Shown here piece by piece: positions 35,159 to 49,200 of a stretch of 64,000 nt of DNA. The DNA is from Antedon mediterranea. Its lineage: Eukaryota; Animalia; Echinodermata. The position numbers and the translations under genes were made by a program. The stretch lies in assembly GCF_964355755.1 (NCBI RefSeq), contig NC_092674.1, positions 13,764,001 through 13,828,000 of the forward strand, given 5' to 3'. The notes below the pieces were generated by a model. It made no database searches. It was not told the DNA's origin and worked only from the letters and a program-made list of their open reading frames with translations. Position 1 is the stretch's first letter, and every line of letters starts with the position of its first letter.

Positions 35159-36753
35159 AATATAAAAAGTGTTACTTGGTTTGCTGTATCATGGTCCAGT
35201 TAGGCTATAATGCAGTTCATGTCAGGATTAAGTATGTTAATCCAGGAACCACCACTAGTATCAAGGTTGTGTCAAATGCCGCACATTGTCTACAGTATAT
35301 GTTGAAAGAAAAATTAATATTGACACAATTCAATTTTGTACATGCGTGTGCTGTCGTACAAATTTTTATTCACAATACAAACAATAATACAATTGTTGTA
35401 CAATAAAGCTTAAGATCCATTACACTGTAAGAATTCAGAGTTTTTGTGAAGATCTTTCAGCTTTGATTTGGTTTTCACGTATGAGTAAACTTTATGAATA
35501 CGAAATTATCCTAATATTAAATTTATTATAAACAAATCATGTAAAACTAATAATGTAAAATGTACAAATCTATAACTTAGGCGTCACGCTTGCCATATTA
35601 CTGTTTGTTGCCTACGTTCCTTATGTTTTCATGCTAATTACGTCATTTACATACAACCTGTCCTATTTGTATATAAGTACTCTAGGCATTGTTTTCTGTT
35701 TTGATGATGAGAATAGACATTTTAAGGTAGTTTGCCTATTTATCAAATACCTCACAATCGTTATTTTAACTCAAAAGTTCGGTGGAATCATTCATGATTT
35801 ATCTAACATATTTTTCCTAGAAAACACGAGTCAAGCCACATCACGCTAATATTGGATGTGATTGATTGACTGTATGGCCAGTAAAAATATCTTATTTTGG
35901 TGATGAAAGGACCATTCTGTTTTAGGTTTTCAGAAGCCTGTTGATCAGTCACACACACACTAGACAGCAGCTGATTTCTGAATTATAAAAAATATTATAT
36001 TATAAAAATTATTTCAGCCCTTCTAATCATAATAATAATATTGATAATCATAACATTGATGCTTATGATGCACACTATATATCATTGACACAGTTTAATG
36101 TGTAAAGAAATCAAAATAATCAATGCAAATAATTTAGGATAATTCAGTACAATGAACAACAAATAATTTCATGAGATGAAAATGTGTTCGTTTGTTCCAC
36201 TGCACAAATATAATACATTTTTGATTGGACGATTGTGGGTCATATGACATTAACTAAATGTACTATAGTATGGCACTGGAATTCAGTTTTATGAATTTAT
36301 TTTTGTTAGAGAGATTGAGCAACCACACGCTTGAGAAGAGTCCAGGCTGTTGATTGATTAAGTAACCTGTAGAGGCCTGCAGTCTATTTGTTCAACTCCA
36401 TGTCCAAAATTGGAATACTGCCTTTTTGAATGGCAACATTAAATTTTGTTATGATTTAACCAGATACAAAAATACATACAAATATAACAATATTTTGTCA
36501 TTCACGTACCTGACATCTCATGATGTCAGGTACGTGACCTATGTTAAAGTACTTGTATTATTTTGGTCTATTAAAACATAGTTTTATCTTGCAGTTTTAA
36601 AAAACATTATTTCAATAGGTCTTCTATATTGTCCTTTATTAACTATGTATCTCCTATTGTTCATACAAATTGTTTATTTGTTGAACTGAGTTACCATATA
36701 GCTGCAGTTCATACGGTCTACTGTAGGTTTTCAATAGACACTTTAGACTGTTG

Positions 36754-37082
36754 CTAGTAATTCTACAATATCCATTCTCAACTGCCATCAAGGCTTTTAC
36801 TATTTCCTCTCGTTGGTTCACATCTCTTTCTTGGTTTCTAGTAATTCTACAATATCCATTCTCAACTGCCATCAAGGCTTTTACTACTTCCTCTCGTTGG
36901 TTCACATCTCTTTCTTGGTTTCTAGTAATTCTACAATATCCATTCTCAACTGCCATCAAGGCTTTTACTACTTCTTCTCGTTGGTTCACATCTCTTTCTT
37001 GGTTTCTAGTAATTCTACAATATCCATTCTCTCAACTGCTCTCAAGGCTTTTACTACTTCCTCTTGTTGTTTCACATCCCTT
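36754..37082. repeat. 84-bp tandem repeat (~4 units) derived from the end of Death domain 3
   Basis: CTAGTAATTCTACAATATCC recurs at 36754, 36838, 36922 and 37006. Confidence 0.95.
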
Positions 37083-37257
37083 CCTTGCTTACATCGCCAT
37101 TGTACCAGTGATTCCATTGTTGCTTCTACAGTCAGCGCTGAAAACCTTCTCTCAGTGTGTGATAGCTCAACATCAGCAATACCAAGATGCCTACAGAAAT
37201 TCTTCCAATCTGTCATCTTCTCAGAAATTATCAGGAAGTCCAAGTCTGTTAAGCATC
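36986..37257 (-). CDS. Death domain exon 3 (terminal)
   Basis: CAG|GCLTDLDFLIISEKMTDWKNFCRHLGI...MESLVQWR...ALRAVERMDIVELL...stop. Confidence 0.85.
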
Positions 37258-40200
37258 CTGTAAAAACACATTTAATTGACTTCATTAAATAAAATACATT
37301 TGGTTGTTTTTCTTCAAACATTCAGGTGCTGAAATTAAGCAACATTTCTGGAATGTAACATTCTATTTGTATTGGCAGAAATCATGAATAATGCATGAGC
37401 CTAATTACTAATTATTTTCTTATTATTTTATTCTTAGAATTACAAGATAGCTAACCTATTTCCTGAATACAAGAGAACTTAACCCTCGAAAATATACAAA
37501 ATGTGTCCTTACGTAAAATACATATTGCACAATTTCATCACAACAACATAAGTTACATAAATATTTGATCGTATCCCTGAAACATGGGTCAATATTGGAT
37601 GTAGTTTACTGATTGGAGGTATCTGTATGGCCAGTAAAAATACACTTGATTTATTGGTGATGAATGGAAAGGCATGGATCATTCTCCTTTATGTTTTTAC
37701 AGATGCGTGTTCATTTTAGACACAGTTTTGTTTGTTTGTTTTTATATATCTAGGCAAATTTCCAAGGATAACCATAAGCGAATTCAATCACTATCCTTCT
37801 TAAGGTGGCAATCCCATTCACAAGACAAACATATACACAAGATGCTCTACATAAACGAAGTCTTATTACAAGTCTTTGGGGGTGGAGTTGTATTTGTCAT
37901 TATAAAACATCCTGACATAATGACAGGAATTGAATCCAGGAGCCATTGATTGGTAGCCAAATTAGCTTAATCACGTTTAAAACATTTCTTGTTTATCGAA
38001 TGATTGCTGATGACAATAGAAAGTCAAATAGTGATGATTTCTACAGTAGTATCAGGTATACATATAACATTTTTTTTTTAATAACAATCATTACCCACCT
38101 TGTCCTGATTGGTCTGTAAACACTGCAACTTCTAAACTGACATCATCTTTGTATTTATATCTTGTACACAGTCTATCAGCTAAATCAACACGTCCTTGTT
38201 GTTTTAAAGCCTTGATCATTGTAGGTAGTTGATGTGCTTCTGCATGTTGACAGTTATTTCTCCATTGCACCAAAACCTCCATTATGGCATCTTCTACATG
38301 TTTGTTTTTGTCTGCAATGTTATTAACGTTGTCCCATTTGATTCCAAGTCGCACTACTAGTCTTCTCCAACTTTGATTTAAATTGTCACAGATGAATAAG
38401 AGATCTTGATCATCCAAAAAAGCTGTGAAATAATAAAAGCAATAAGGTAATGAGTTCTGTTTCAATTAAATTCAACTCCCTATTCCATGCAATATTTATT
38501 TCGGAATCTCTCGTCCATAGAAAATAAACATAATTTTGTATCAATTAACAAATTTAAATAAAAATATGATTATCAGAATAATTTTTGTTTAAAAGCATTC
38601 ATGAGCAAGATTTTATAACACACCTAAGATTCTTAATTTAATTTGAGAATTGCGAGTCATATTTTATTTAAATGTGCTATTGCTCTCTTAATGATGTCAT
38701 TGAGAGTGCAATGTTGTTATATGTGCACACAAGTACCTGCAATTTCATTTTGCACGTTCATTTTTGTTACACGGTTATTGTTGCCTCTCCTTTTATCAAA
38801 ATTAAGTAGATGTGTACTCATAAACATTCATTACTTGTATACTATTTAATGGAACGAATCATTACAATATAAAATGCAATGTACCTGAATGTTTGATAAC
38901 CTTGTGTATTTCATTATCACCCTTTATGTGAAACAGCAGATCAGCAAGATCATTACGACCATGTTGTCTTAGTACAGTGCACAATACTTGTTGCTGATTA
39001 AGGTCACTACCAATGTTGCTCCTCCAATGTTTCAGCATCTTTGCTGTAGCTTTATCTGTTTGCTTTTCATTATCAAAAATAGTATTCACTTTAGACCATG
39101 TAAGCCCCAAACGAACACCAAATCGTCTGCAGGAAAGATCCATCTCTCTGGACACATTGTCAATAGTTAGGTCATCCACATAGTCTATATCAAAAAACAA
39201 AATTATCAATCAATTGTGTTTTTAATCCTTCACAATAGTAACTAAACATAATAATTATTTTATCATAATGTATACCTTTGTTATCCTTGACATCTGACAT
39301 CCTCCTTCGTTTACTAGATCCCTTAACTTTTGATTTTAGAGATGTTTTCCCCTTCATCATTTTATGAGACTTAGCAACAGTATCATCATCAGTATCAGAT
39401 TCTGGATCTATGTTCTTCTGTCTACCAGCTTCTTTTGAGGTAGAAGCTATAATGACAATAAAACAACAAAATAGTGATAAAGTTAAACCAAGATGTACAA
39501 TTGCTTGTTTTGTATTGTTATTTTATGTAGTATTACTCTATTAGTTATAATAATCATAAATTTGATTTAGTTATTTATGAATGTATTAGTTTGGCAATTC
39601 AGGAATTAAATTTAAAAATGATGATCTTCAAAAATATACACTAATGATAATTTCTGTATTAGCTGAACAGTTTTTTATTTGCAATACTTTACCATCAACT
39701 TGTTGACATACAGTATATTGCGCTGTATAGTGTTGATATTAATTTATATCTGTGAAAGTCAATTGCATTCAACTATCGCATGGTTTAAACATTAAAAACC
39801 TAGAATTGTGGTGTACGATGATGATGAAAATCATTCATAATAAATCTTTTACCATCAACCTCACCTTTGTTATCCTTCTTGGAGGAAAATAATCTCTTCA
39901 CTTTACCAGTGATTCTTTGAAGTCTTGAAGTAGAAGCTTGTGCATTGCTGTGACCATCACTGTCAGAATCTAGAGCTATGCTTTGTTTTGTACTATCTCT
40001 CGATTCAGATGCTAAACAAAAATAAATCAAAAAGCAACATTTTAAAAACTGTATAAACTAGATGTACATTTTCAATAATACTGGTTTTTTTTAATCTGTG
40101 GATTATCATAAATGATGATGACACAGACTTATTATAAAAATCTAAAAAAAGTTTTTTTTTTTTACTTTTGTTATTGTTCTTCTTATAATGAAATAACATA

Positions 40201-43200
40201 CAATTAATATTCATTTTACATGAATGATGCAAACAATGTCTTATATCCTTTAATTAAGCAAATCATATAAATACCTTCCTGTTGTCCTTGTCGTGTTTGT
40301 ATCGTCGTACATGTCCATCCGTCCCTGTCTGTCTGTATCCATTTTATATTTGTATGTACTGTACTTTTGAAAAGGCCAACAGAGTTTCCCCATGGGGATA
40401 ATAAAGTTTTAATTGAATTTGAGAATTGAATTGAATTGAATTGAATTGTCAGTAGCTAATCTTCACCTTATGCTTATTATTAATATGTTTAACTTTACTT
40501 TATTCTTAATGATATTCTCCAGGCATAATGCAACTATTTTTTACTTAATTTCCAACCATTTGTATCTATCATATTTTTTGTATGTGTTTGCATTATCTGA
40601 ACTTGACTTGAACTTAAGTATACTTAAATAAATAAAGAATACATATATATTCTTTATTTTCTAAATTATTAACTTGAATCCTCATTTATTTTGTTTTGGT
40701 TTAGAAACATTTTTTTTTTATCTTACTTCATCCTAAAATGTTAACCTATATCAGTTTCACTGGATGGATACTACACAACACAAATCCTCTACCTTTTACA
40801 ATGTATCCAAACAGATTACGATAACGTTTCACTTCCATTCCTCTGCTTCCACATGGCAACACATCTTTGTCAAATTTGCGTACAACATGCATATGAGTAT
40901 GTTCACCTTTTGAACCACACATACAAGGGATGTACATCTTTACTTTAACACCATGTGCATTCTTCTCACTCAAAAAGTGCAATTCTTTTTCAAGAAATGT
41001 TAGTACCTATAAAATAGAATAATTTGATTTAGTTGATTATTTTGCTACCCACAACAAAAAGTAGTATTAGCTATTTAAAATAATTATACAAACTAAAATT
41101 AGTAAATAGAGCAAAGAATGATAACATGTAAGCATGATTCCGAATAGGATCACCAAAACATATTCAAATACAAAATACATTATTATTTTACTATTAAGTG
41201 TACATTACAGTTTAAATAAATAAATTATTAATTATTGTTTAATTTGGTTTAAACATCAAAATTGTTAATCTCTACATATCCAACTCATAAACATTATTTT
41301 TACATTAATTTACCTTCTTACAGATGCTAGGTTTTGGATCATCATCTTCAGGAAGGCCAGGAGCATTCATCATGTCTGTTCTAACTATTGTTGTCTTTGG
41401 GTACTATTACTTACCTTCTTACAGATGCTAGGTTTTGGATCATCATCTTCAGGAAGGCCAGCAGCATTCATCATGTCTGTTCTAACTATTGTTGTCTTTG
41501 GGTACTATTACTTACGTTCTTACAGATGCTAGGTTTTGGATCATCATCTTCAGGAAGGCCAGCAGCATTCATCATGTCTGTTCTAACTATTGTTGTCTTT
41601 GGGTACTATTACTTACCTTCTTACAGATGCTAGGTTTTGGATCATCATCTTCAGGAAGGCCAGCAGCATTCATCATGTCTGTTCTAACGATTGTTGTCTG
41701 CAATATCAAAAATCATTTTTTGTTTTATTTCATTTGACAATTGTTTCTCTTGAATTGTTATTAAAGCAATTGCCACTTAATCTATAGTCTATATATAATC
41801 TATATGTAATATTATAAACATACACGATGAATGAAAAAAACACCTTTAGGTGTTGGCAAGATAATTGCAATATTTTCACCGATTTTCTGCCAACATGTTT
41901 CTGTTTGTTTGTCCTATAATGCTTAGTGTGTTTTATTTATAGTTATATTAATTTTTATGCAGGTAAATGTTGAACAAGCATTTGCTTTTTATTTTAGTCT
42001 ATTTCAATTTTACTGTTATTTTATTATGTTATATCTATAATGGAGAATATAACTGAAAATCTAAAAACTGATAATGTTTCCATTATAATTCTATCTGAGA
42101 CTGATATTTTCTCAGAGGTAATTAAACATTTATAGTTATGTTCCTAAGATGATACTTTCTCAGATTTAGTTTTTAGTCTTATAACATCAAATTTATTAAG
42201 TCTACCTGAAACAAACGGCAATTGTTGATGGTAGCTACATTTAGAACCACAAAATGATGGCCATCAATATGCAGTTCTACATGCTCATATGACAATGCAG
42301 GCTCAACATCTTCCATTTGAAATTCCTCAATAAATTTTGTTGAGACACGTTGGAAGAGATCATCTGGTAGGTAGCCATCAAAGTCATGAAAGAGAGAAAT
42401 AGCACGTTTCTCTTCATATTTAACAGCCTTTGTATCATCACGTTGGGGCTTCAGGCGTGAAAGAACATAGAACGTTCGTTCAACATTCTATAGAAATAAA
42501 AATGGAACAAGAGTAGTAGATGGAATATATGAAAAAATAATTGAACTAAATATTTTAAATAAAATGTAAATACCTCTTTACTCCTTTTTTCACACATTAA
42601 CCCAAAGGTTTGCATCAGAGACACAAAGAAGATAATCATCTCATCTGAATCATCCTTCCATATATGCCGCAACAGTCTTTCATCTAGTTTACCCCCATTT
42701 AAATTTCTCCAAAGCTGTTTCAAAGATGGCTAAAAAAATATAAAAGCACAAGTGTAATTTGTCAATGCAACAAAGTAATTACTGTTCTTCTGGTCAGTAA
42801 AACCTCTTATTTAAGACAACCTTATTGAAACTTACTTGTGCAATGAATGAGGTTAACATCACAGCTAACATCTATTAAGGGGACACTTTGTTGGGTCTTG
42901 CTACAGTAATACGCTTACAAGCATATATTTTAGTATTAGAATATAATAGAATTAATAACATATAATTTCGTTCTCTGTGTGGCAGATATTACATGTTTAC
43001 AGCTAAATCCATCACACTGAAAAACAATGTTTACATATGATATTCACCAATGACTGACACCACTCAAAGAAGTGAAGTTTGCGAACCTGAAGGCTGGGAT
43101 CTATAACTGTGATGATTGTTTTAAACTTGTCAACTACTCCCATCAAATCTATAACAATTTTTTCTTTGAGGATCTTGTCATCTGGGTAGAACAGAATCTC

Positions 43201-46200
43201 ACCGATGTCGTGCAAATACTCAAGAAACTGTTTTCTGTCAGTTATCTTACAACTAGCAAGTAAATCATTAATCTAAAAGGCAAAGAAATATTATAATGAC
43301 AAATTTAACGAAAACAAAAATGTTGATTAATTACAAACTGGTTTTCTGTTGATGTTATCAATCATTTCGTTAATGTTGAAAGGTTGTTTATATAGGACAT
43401 AATACTTTATCATGCAAGGGTAGATTTGACATCTGAAAGTTTCCTAACCAACAGTAAACTCAAGGTTCACCACTTACTTACTTACTTCAATAATTGTTAT
43501 TGCCAAACAAAATGTTCATTTGGTTTTTGGAACAATTGGTACTAAAACAATTGCACCATTCCTGTTTGATAAACATTTGTTGAAGATTCACCATAAACAG
43601 TCAATTAACACAGACAGCAAAGCAGGGATACTGTTAATGTTACTATCAATAGTTCATCAGTTCATACGACTTTTGTTTTTTGTCAACAAAGTCTTCGTAA
43701 AAACTACGATGTATGTAAACAATCAATTACATTTGCATATGAAAGGGTGTCTCCTGTCAAACGTGTTATTGTTCTCACCTACTATTACGCCACAATTAAG
43801 TAACAATCATTTGCATACAGATGAGAGAATGTCCCATGTCAAACACATATTGCTGCCATACTACCACTGTATGTAAACAAACCAGCTAATCAATTACTAA
43901 AGTAACCTAATCCAAGACACATTGGGATAAAGGTGAGAGGATGTTCCAGTCTATAACGAACATGTGATTGTCTAGTTAATTGTACGTACTATCTAGAAAA
44001 TTCAATTCAATTCAATTCAATTCAAAATTCTTTAATCATCCCACACGGGGCAATTCAAATAAAAAGGTCTGGATTAAAATGATCTTACAAAATATACAAA
44101 ATATCACAATACACAGAACAAAATAGAAAAAAAGTCAAGTCAAGGATCAAGAATTTAAGAGTCGAATAGCCACTGGCAAAAACGAATTCCTTTTCCGGTT
44201 TGTTCTACATGCCGGGCATCGAAAGCGACGCCCATGAGGCATGAGCTCGAAATCACTGAACAAGGCGTGGTTAATATTTTTTAGAATAGCTCTACTTTTT
44301 TCTAGAGTTTGCATGTCACAGAAAGAAGATAAGCTACGAAGTTGACAACCTATTAATTTAGAACTTAAGTTAACAATTCTTTGTAGTGAGTTTTTCTCTT
44401 TGACCCTAAGACTAAAAAACCAGCATATAAAGGAAAAAGTTAAAACGTTCTCAATAAAGGAATTATAAAAAACCCTAAGAATTACTTTATCGACATTAAA
44501 ATGGTTCAGCTTCCTTAACAGATAAAGTCTCTGGTGTCCTTTCTTTACTATTGCCTCTGTGTTTAATTCCCAGCCGAGATTGTCCTCAAATATAGTACCT
44601 AGGTATTTAAAGGAATGGACAATATCGACTGGTTCGTCATTTATAATGGATACCCAAGGGTTGCGTCCTTTCTCCTTCCTAAAATCTACAATCATCTCCT
44701 TGGTTTTGGTCACATTGAGTTCCAAGTAGGAGTTTCCACAAAATTGGATAAAATCATCTAAAGCGGAACCATGGCCGTCCTGTGAATTTTGAAGGAGAGA
44801 CAGCAAGACAGTGTCGTCAGCAAATTTAACAAGATGACTATTGTCCTGTTTGCTGCGACAGTCATCCGTGTATATAATATACAGGAGAGGAGAGAGGACG
44901 CAACCCTGGGGGGATCCAATACTTGTCATACGTACATTCGAGTGTCTTTGGTTAACTAAGACCCTCTGACATCTGTTCGTAAGAAAACTTATAATCCATA
45001 ATACAAAATCACGTTGAAAACCAAAATTCGAAATTAATTTGTTTGCTAAAATATAAGGGTGCATGGTATTGAAGGCAGAAGAGAAGTCGGCGAATAACAT
45101 TCTGGCGTGAGATCGAGGCAGTTCAAGGTGCTTGTACAATGTGTTTAATAAAAAAAAGCTTGGCATCCTCAACACCTCTTCCAGACCTGTATGCAAACTG
45201 CAGTGGATCGAGTTTAGACTCTACAACAGACGTGATGTAGGTTTTAACTATCTTTTCAAAGATTTTCATAACAAGAGATGTCAGCGCAATAGGGCGCAGA
45301 TCATTCAGTTGTTTTATGACAGTCTGTTTAGGAATAGGTTTTATAATCGATTCTTTCCAAAGATTAGGAACTACAGACTGGTTTATAGAGGTCTGGAAGA
45401 GGTACCGAAGGACACCACTGAGCTGATCCGCACACGACTTCAATGTTCTGCCCTCAATACCATCGGGACCAGAACTCTTATTTACTTTCTTATATAAATG
45501 GCTGAAATAGTACCGGTATGTTTATATTGCTGCTTTTTTTTTTTTTTTTATATTTTATATAATACATCTGTATTATAACTATATAATGTACCGACGTACT
45601 GTGTATTATTATTTATGTTATGTCTTTGAGTTTCTTATTGACGTAAACATGACGGATACACTAGATAGGCCTAGATATTTATCTTATTACTCTACTGTAT
45701 AAACATCTGTTACAGTATATAGTAATATTTTTTAATTAAACTTATTTATTTTATTTATTTATTTTTTTAAAACTATATATATATATTTATTTATTTATTT
45801 TTTTTATTTTTCTTTTTATTAATGTTACCTTTTTTAAGCAATACTACTGATGATGATGATGATGAAGATCTCAATCCCTATCTTAAGTATAATGAATCTA
45901 AATACTACCATGTTGAAGAATTTAGACAAATTTCAAACATATCGGATGATGTTTCTTTTCTGTCACTTAACTGTCGTAGTATCGTCAACAAGTTTGACCA
46001 GTTCTCACAATTTATTGACTCACTTAATTATAAGTTCTCTGTCATTGCCCTTCAACAGACATGGTTGAGCGATAATGATGAAGTTTCATTTTTTAACTTG
46101 CCGAACTATGTGCTTGTAAATCGTAATCGTACGGGTAGACGGGGCGGAGGCGTAGCTCTATATATTTCTGACAATTTGTGTTACAAACCACGAGATGATT

Positions 46201-49200
46201 TATCTAAATTAATTACTGAAGCTGAATCCTTATTCATAGATATAATAATTGACGGGAAATATATTTCAGCTGGGGTCATTTATAGACCACCTGAATCTAA
46301 AATCAGTATATTTAATAATCAATTTACAGAAGTTATGAATATAATTAACAAAGAAAAGACGCACTCATACCTTATGGGCGACTTTAATCTCGACCTTAAC
46401 CTATACCATTCAAACTGTAATGTTCAATGTCATGTGGACGCCACTGTTTCCAATTCTTTCTTGCCCCTGATTAATAAACCGACTCGTGTAACAGAAAATA
46501 CATCTTCTATTATTGATAATATATATAGTTAATTCTACAAATAATCACAATATCAATACTGGAATTATTTACACAGATATATCAGATCATTATCCTATAT
46601 TTGCAATCACAAAATCTGAGAATCGTAAAAAAAATACAAAACAGTCATTTATTTTAAAACGCACTTATTTCCACCAGCAAGTCGAATCCTTTAAGGAAGA
46701 CTTGGCAATTGAAAACTGGCAACCTGTCCTAAGAACAGAAGATGCAAACATTGCATATTCAACATTTGCTCACAACTTCAAACATTTAATTGATAAAAAC
46801 TTTCCTTTGAAAAAAATTAAGGCAAAAGCAAATAAAGATCGATCTCCATGGATCACCGAGGCCATAGCAAAGTCAATAACAACTAAGGGCAGGTTGTATA
46901 GTTCATACAGAAAAAATCCCACTCCCTCAAATAAACTGAAATATACTAAATACAGAAACAAACTTACAGCACTTATTAAGAAACGAAAAGAAGAATACTA
47001 CTTTACTCAATTTGAAAATAATAAAAGTAATACCAAAAAGACATGGAAAACGATTAACACTATAATGGGAAGGACAAAAACACGACAACTACCACCAACA
47101 ATAAATCATGACTTTAAGCAATTTAACACCCCCTCAGAAAAAGCAAATGCGTTTAATACTTATTTCACAAGCATTGGAGAAACGTTGGCAAAACGAATCT
47201 CACAAGAACCACAAATAACAGAATCATCTTCGTATTTAACAGGAAACTATGTTAATTCTATGTTTCTAAGACCTGTTACTGAGGATGAAATTAAAACTCT
47301 CCTCGAAAATTTGGAAACTAATAAAACACCTGGGCACGATGACATTGGAGCACTATATCTAAAACCATAATCAAACTATCTTAAACGACCGATTACTCAT
47401 TTGATCAACATATCACTCGCCACCGGTTGTTTTCCGGACGAACTTAAAATTGCAAAAACAATACCTATCTTCAAGAACGGAGATAAATCAGAAATTAACA
47501 ATTACCGTCCCATATCTATACTGCCATGTCTTTCGAAGGTTTATGAACGGGTTGTTAGCAATCAAACTATTTCATTCCTAATAAGAACAATGTACTTAAT
47601 AAATCACAATATGGTTTCCGACAACAACATTCTACTATTCACGCATTATTAGATACATTTGAAAAAATTACCTCTGCAATCGAACAAAAATGCTTTATGA
47701 TAGGAATATTTTTAGATTTATCAAAAGCGTTCGATTCAATGGATCATCACATTTTATTACAGAAGATGAGACATTACGGTATCAGAGGTGTCGTTTTAGA
47801 TTGGTTTAAGAGTTACTTATCAACTAGAAAACAATTTGTAAACGTAGAAGGTAAAAAATCAGAAACAAAATACATTAAGTACGGTGTTCCACAGGGGTCC
47901 ATTCTTGGACCCTTACTATTCCTGATTTTTATAAATGATATGCCATTTGCCTGTAGAAACACAAACGTTATTATGTATGCAGATGACACTAATGTGTTCC
48001 TGCAACACAATGATATTACAAGAGCATTCGATATTTTAAACTATGAAATGGCATGTCTTTCTAACTGGTTTATTGCAAATAGATTAACTGTGAACACCAA
48101 AAAAACGAATTATATTGTATTTACTAGTAGAAATGTAAAAATTGACACGTCAAATCTAACTTTGCTAATTAATACTGATATTATAGAACGAGTAAATCAA
48201 ACAAAGTTTCTTGGTGTTCATCTAGATGAGAAATTATCATTTGCATATCATATAAATTCAATCGCAAAGAAAGTTTCAACAGCTATAGGCACCATGAATA
48301 AAATAAAATGCGTACTCCCATACGAAATCCTATTAAAAATATACAACTCTCTCATATTACCTAACCTAACATATGCCATAACACTATGGGGATCTACTAA
48401 TCAAACTATTTTAAATCGTCTTTATATTTTACAAAAGAAAGCACTTAGAATTGTTTGCAACAATCCTTTTCATCATCCTTCTCTACCACTCTTTGCCCGC
48501 ACAAAAACATTAAAATTATCTGAGCTGTACCAAAAAAGTGTTGCGATATTCATGTTTAAGTTTCATCACAAGAAGTTGCCTATTACTTTTGATTCTTTCT
48601 TTGCTACAAACAATTCCAAACATACAGTAATCATGAGACAAGTGCTAAAGAGAATTTAAGCACTGCTTTCAAAAGGACCCTATTGGGCCAACAAAGTGTC
48701 ACATACAGAGGCACTAATGTGTGGAACTCACTACCCAATGACATTAAAATGTCAACCAGTATTGGTATGTTCAAACATAAAATTCATGATATGTTTGTCA
48801 CCAGTTATCTTTATTTTTAAGCTACTGGTTAATTCATTTTCTCTCGACATTTGATTTGTTATTATCACTGCATTATTTCCATTGTTAGTATTTTTATCGT
48901 TACAATTAATATGGTACATTATACTGTTTTTATCTATTTATTTATTTAATTATTTATCTATTTTAATTTCAATTTTGTTTGTTTTGTTTTGTTTTTTTTC
49001 TCGTTTTAAGGGGCTTTGCGTCTAAAGCATTAGCTTACAGCTTAACCTCGTTCACAACCTCAATTAATTTTGCATGTACTTTGTATTATCTGAGATTGTG
49101 AATAAAGTTATATATATTGAAATAACAAGTTTTTTTTCACTTTAACACCATTCGATGCAGCAATAAAAAAACAGGGTTTAATGCTTTAATGTGATTTAAG

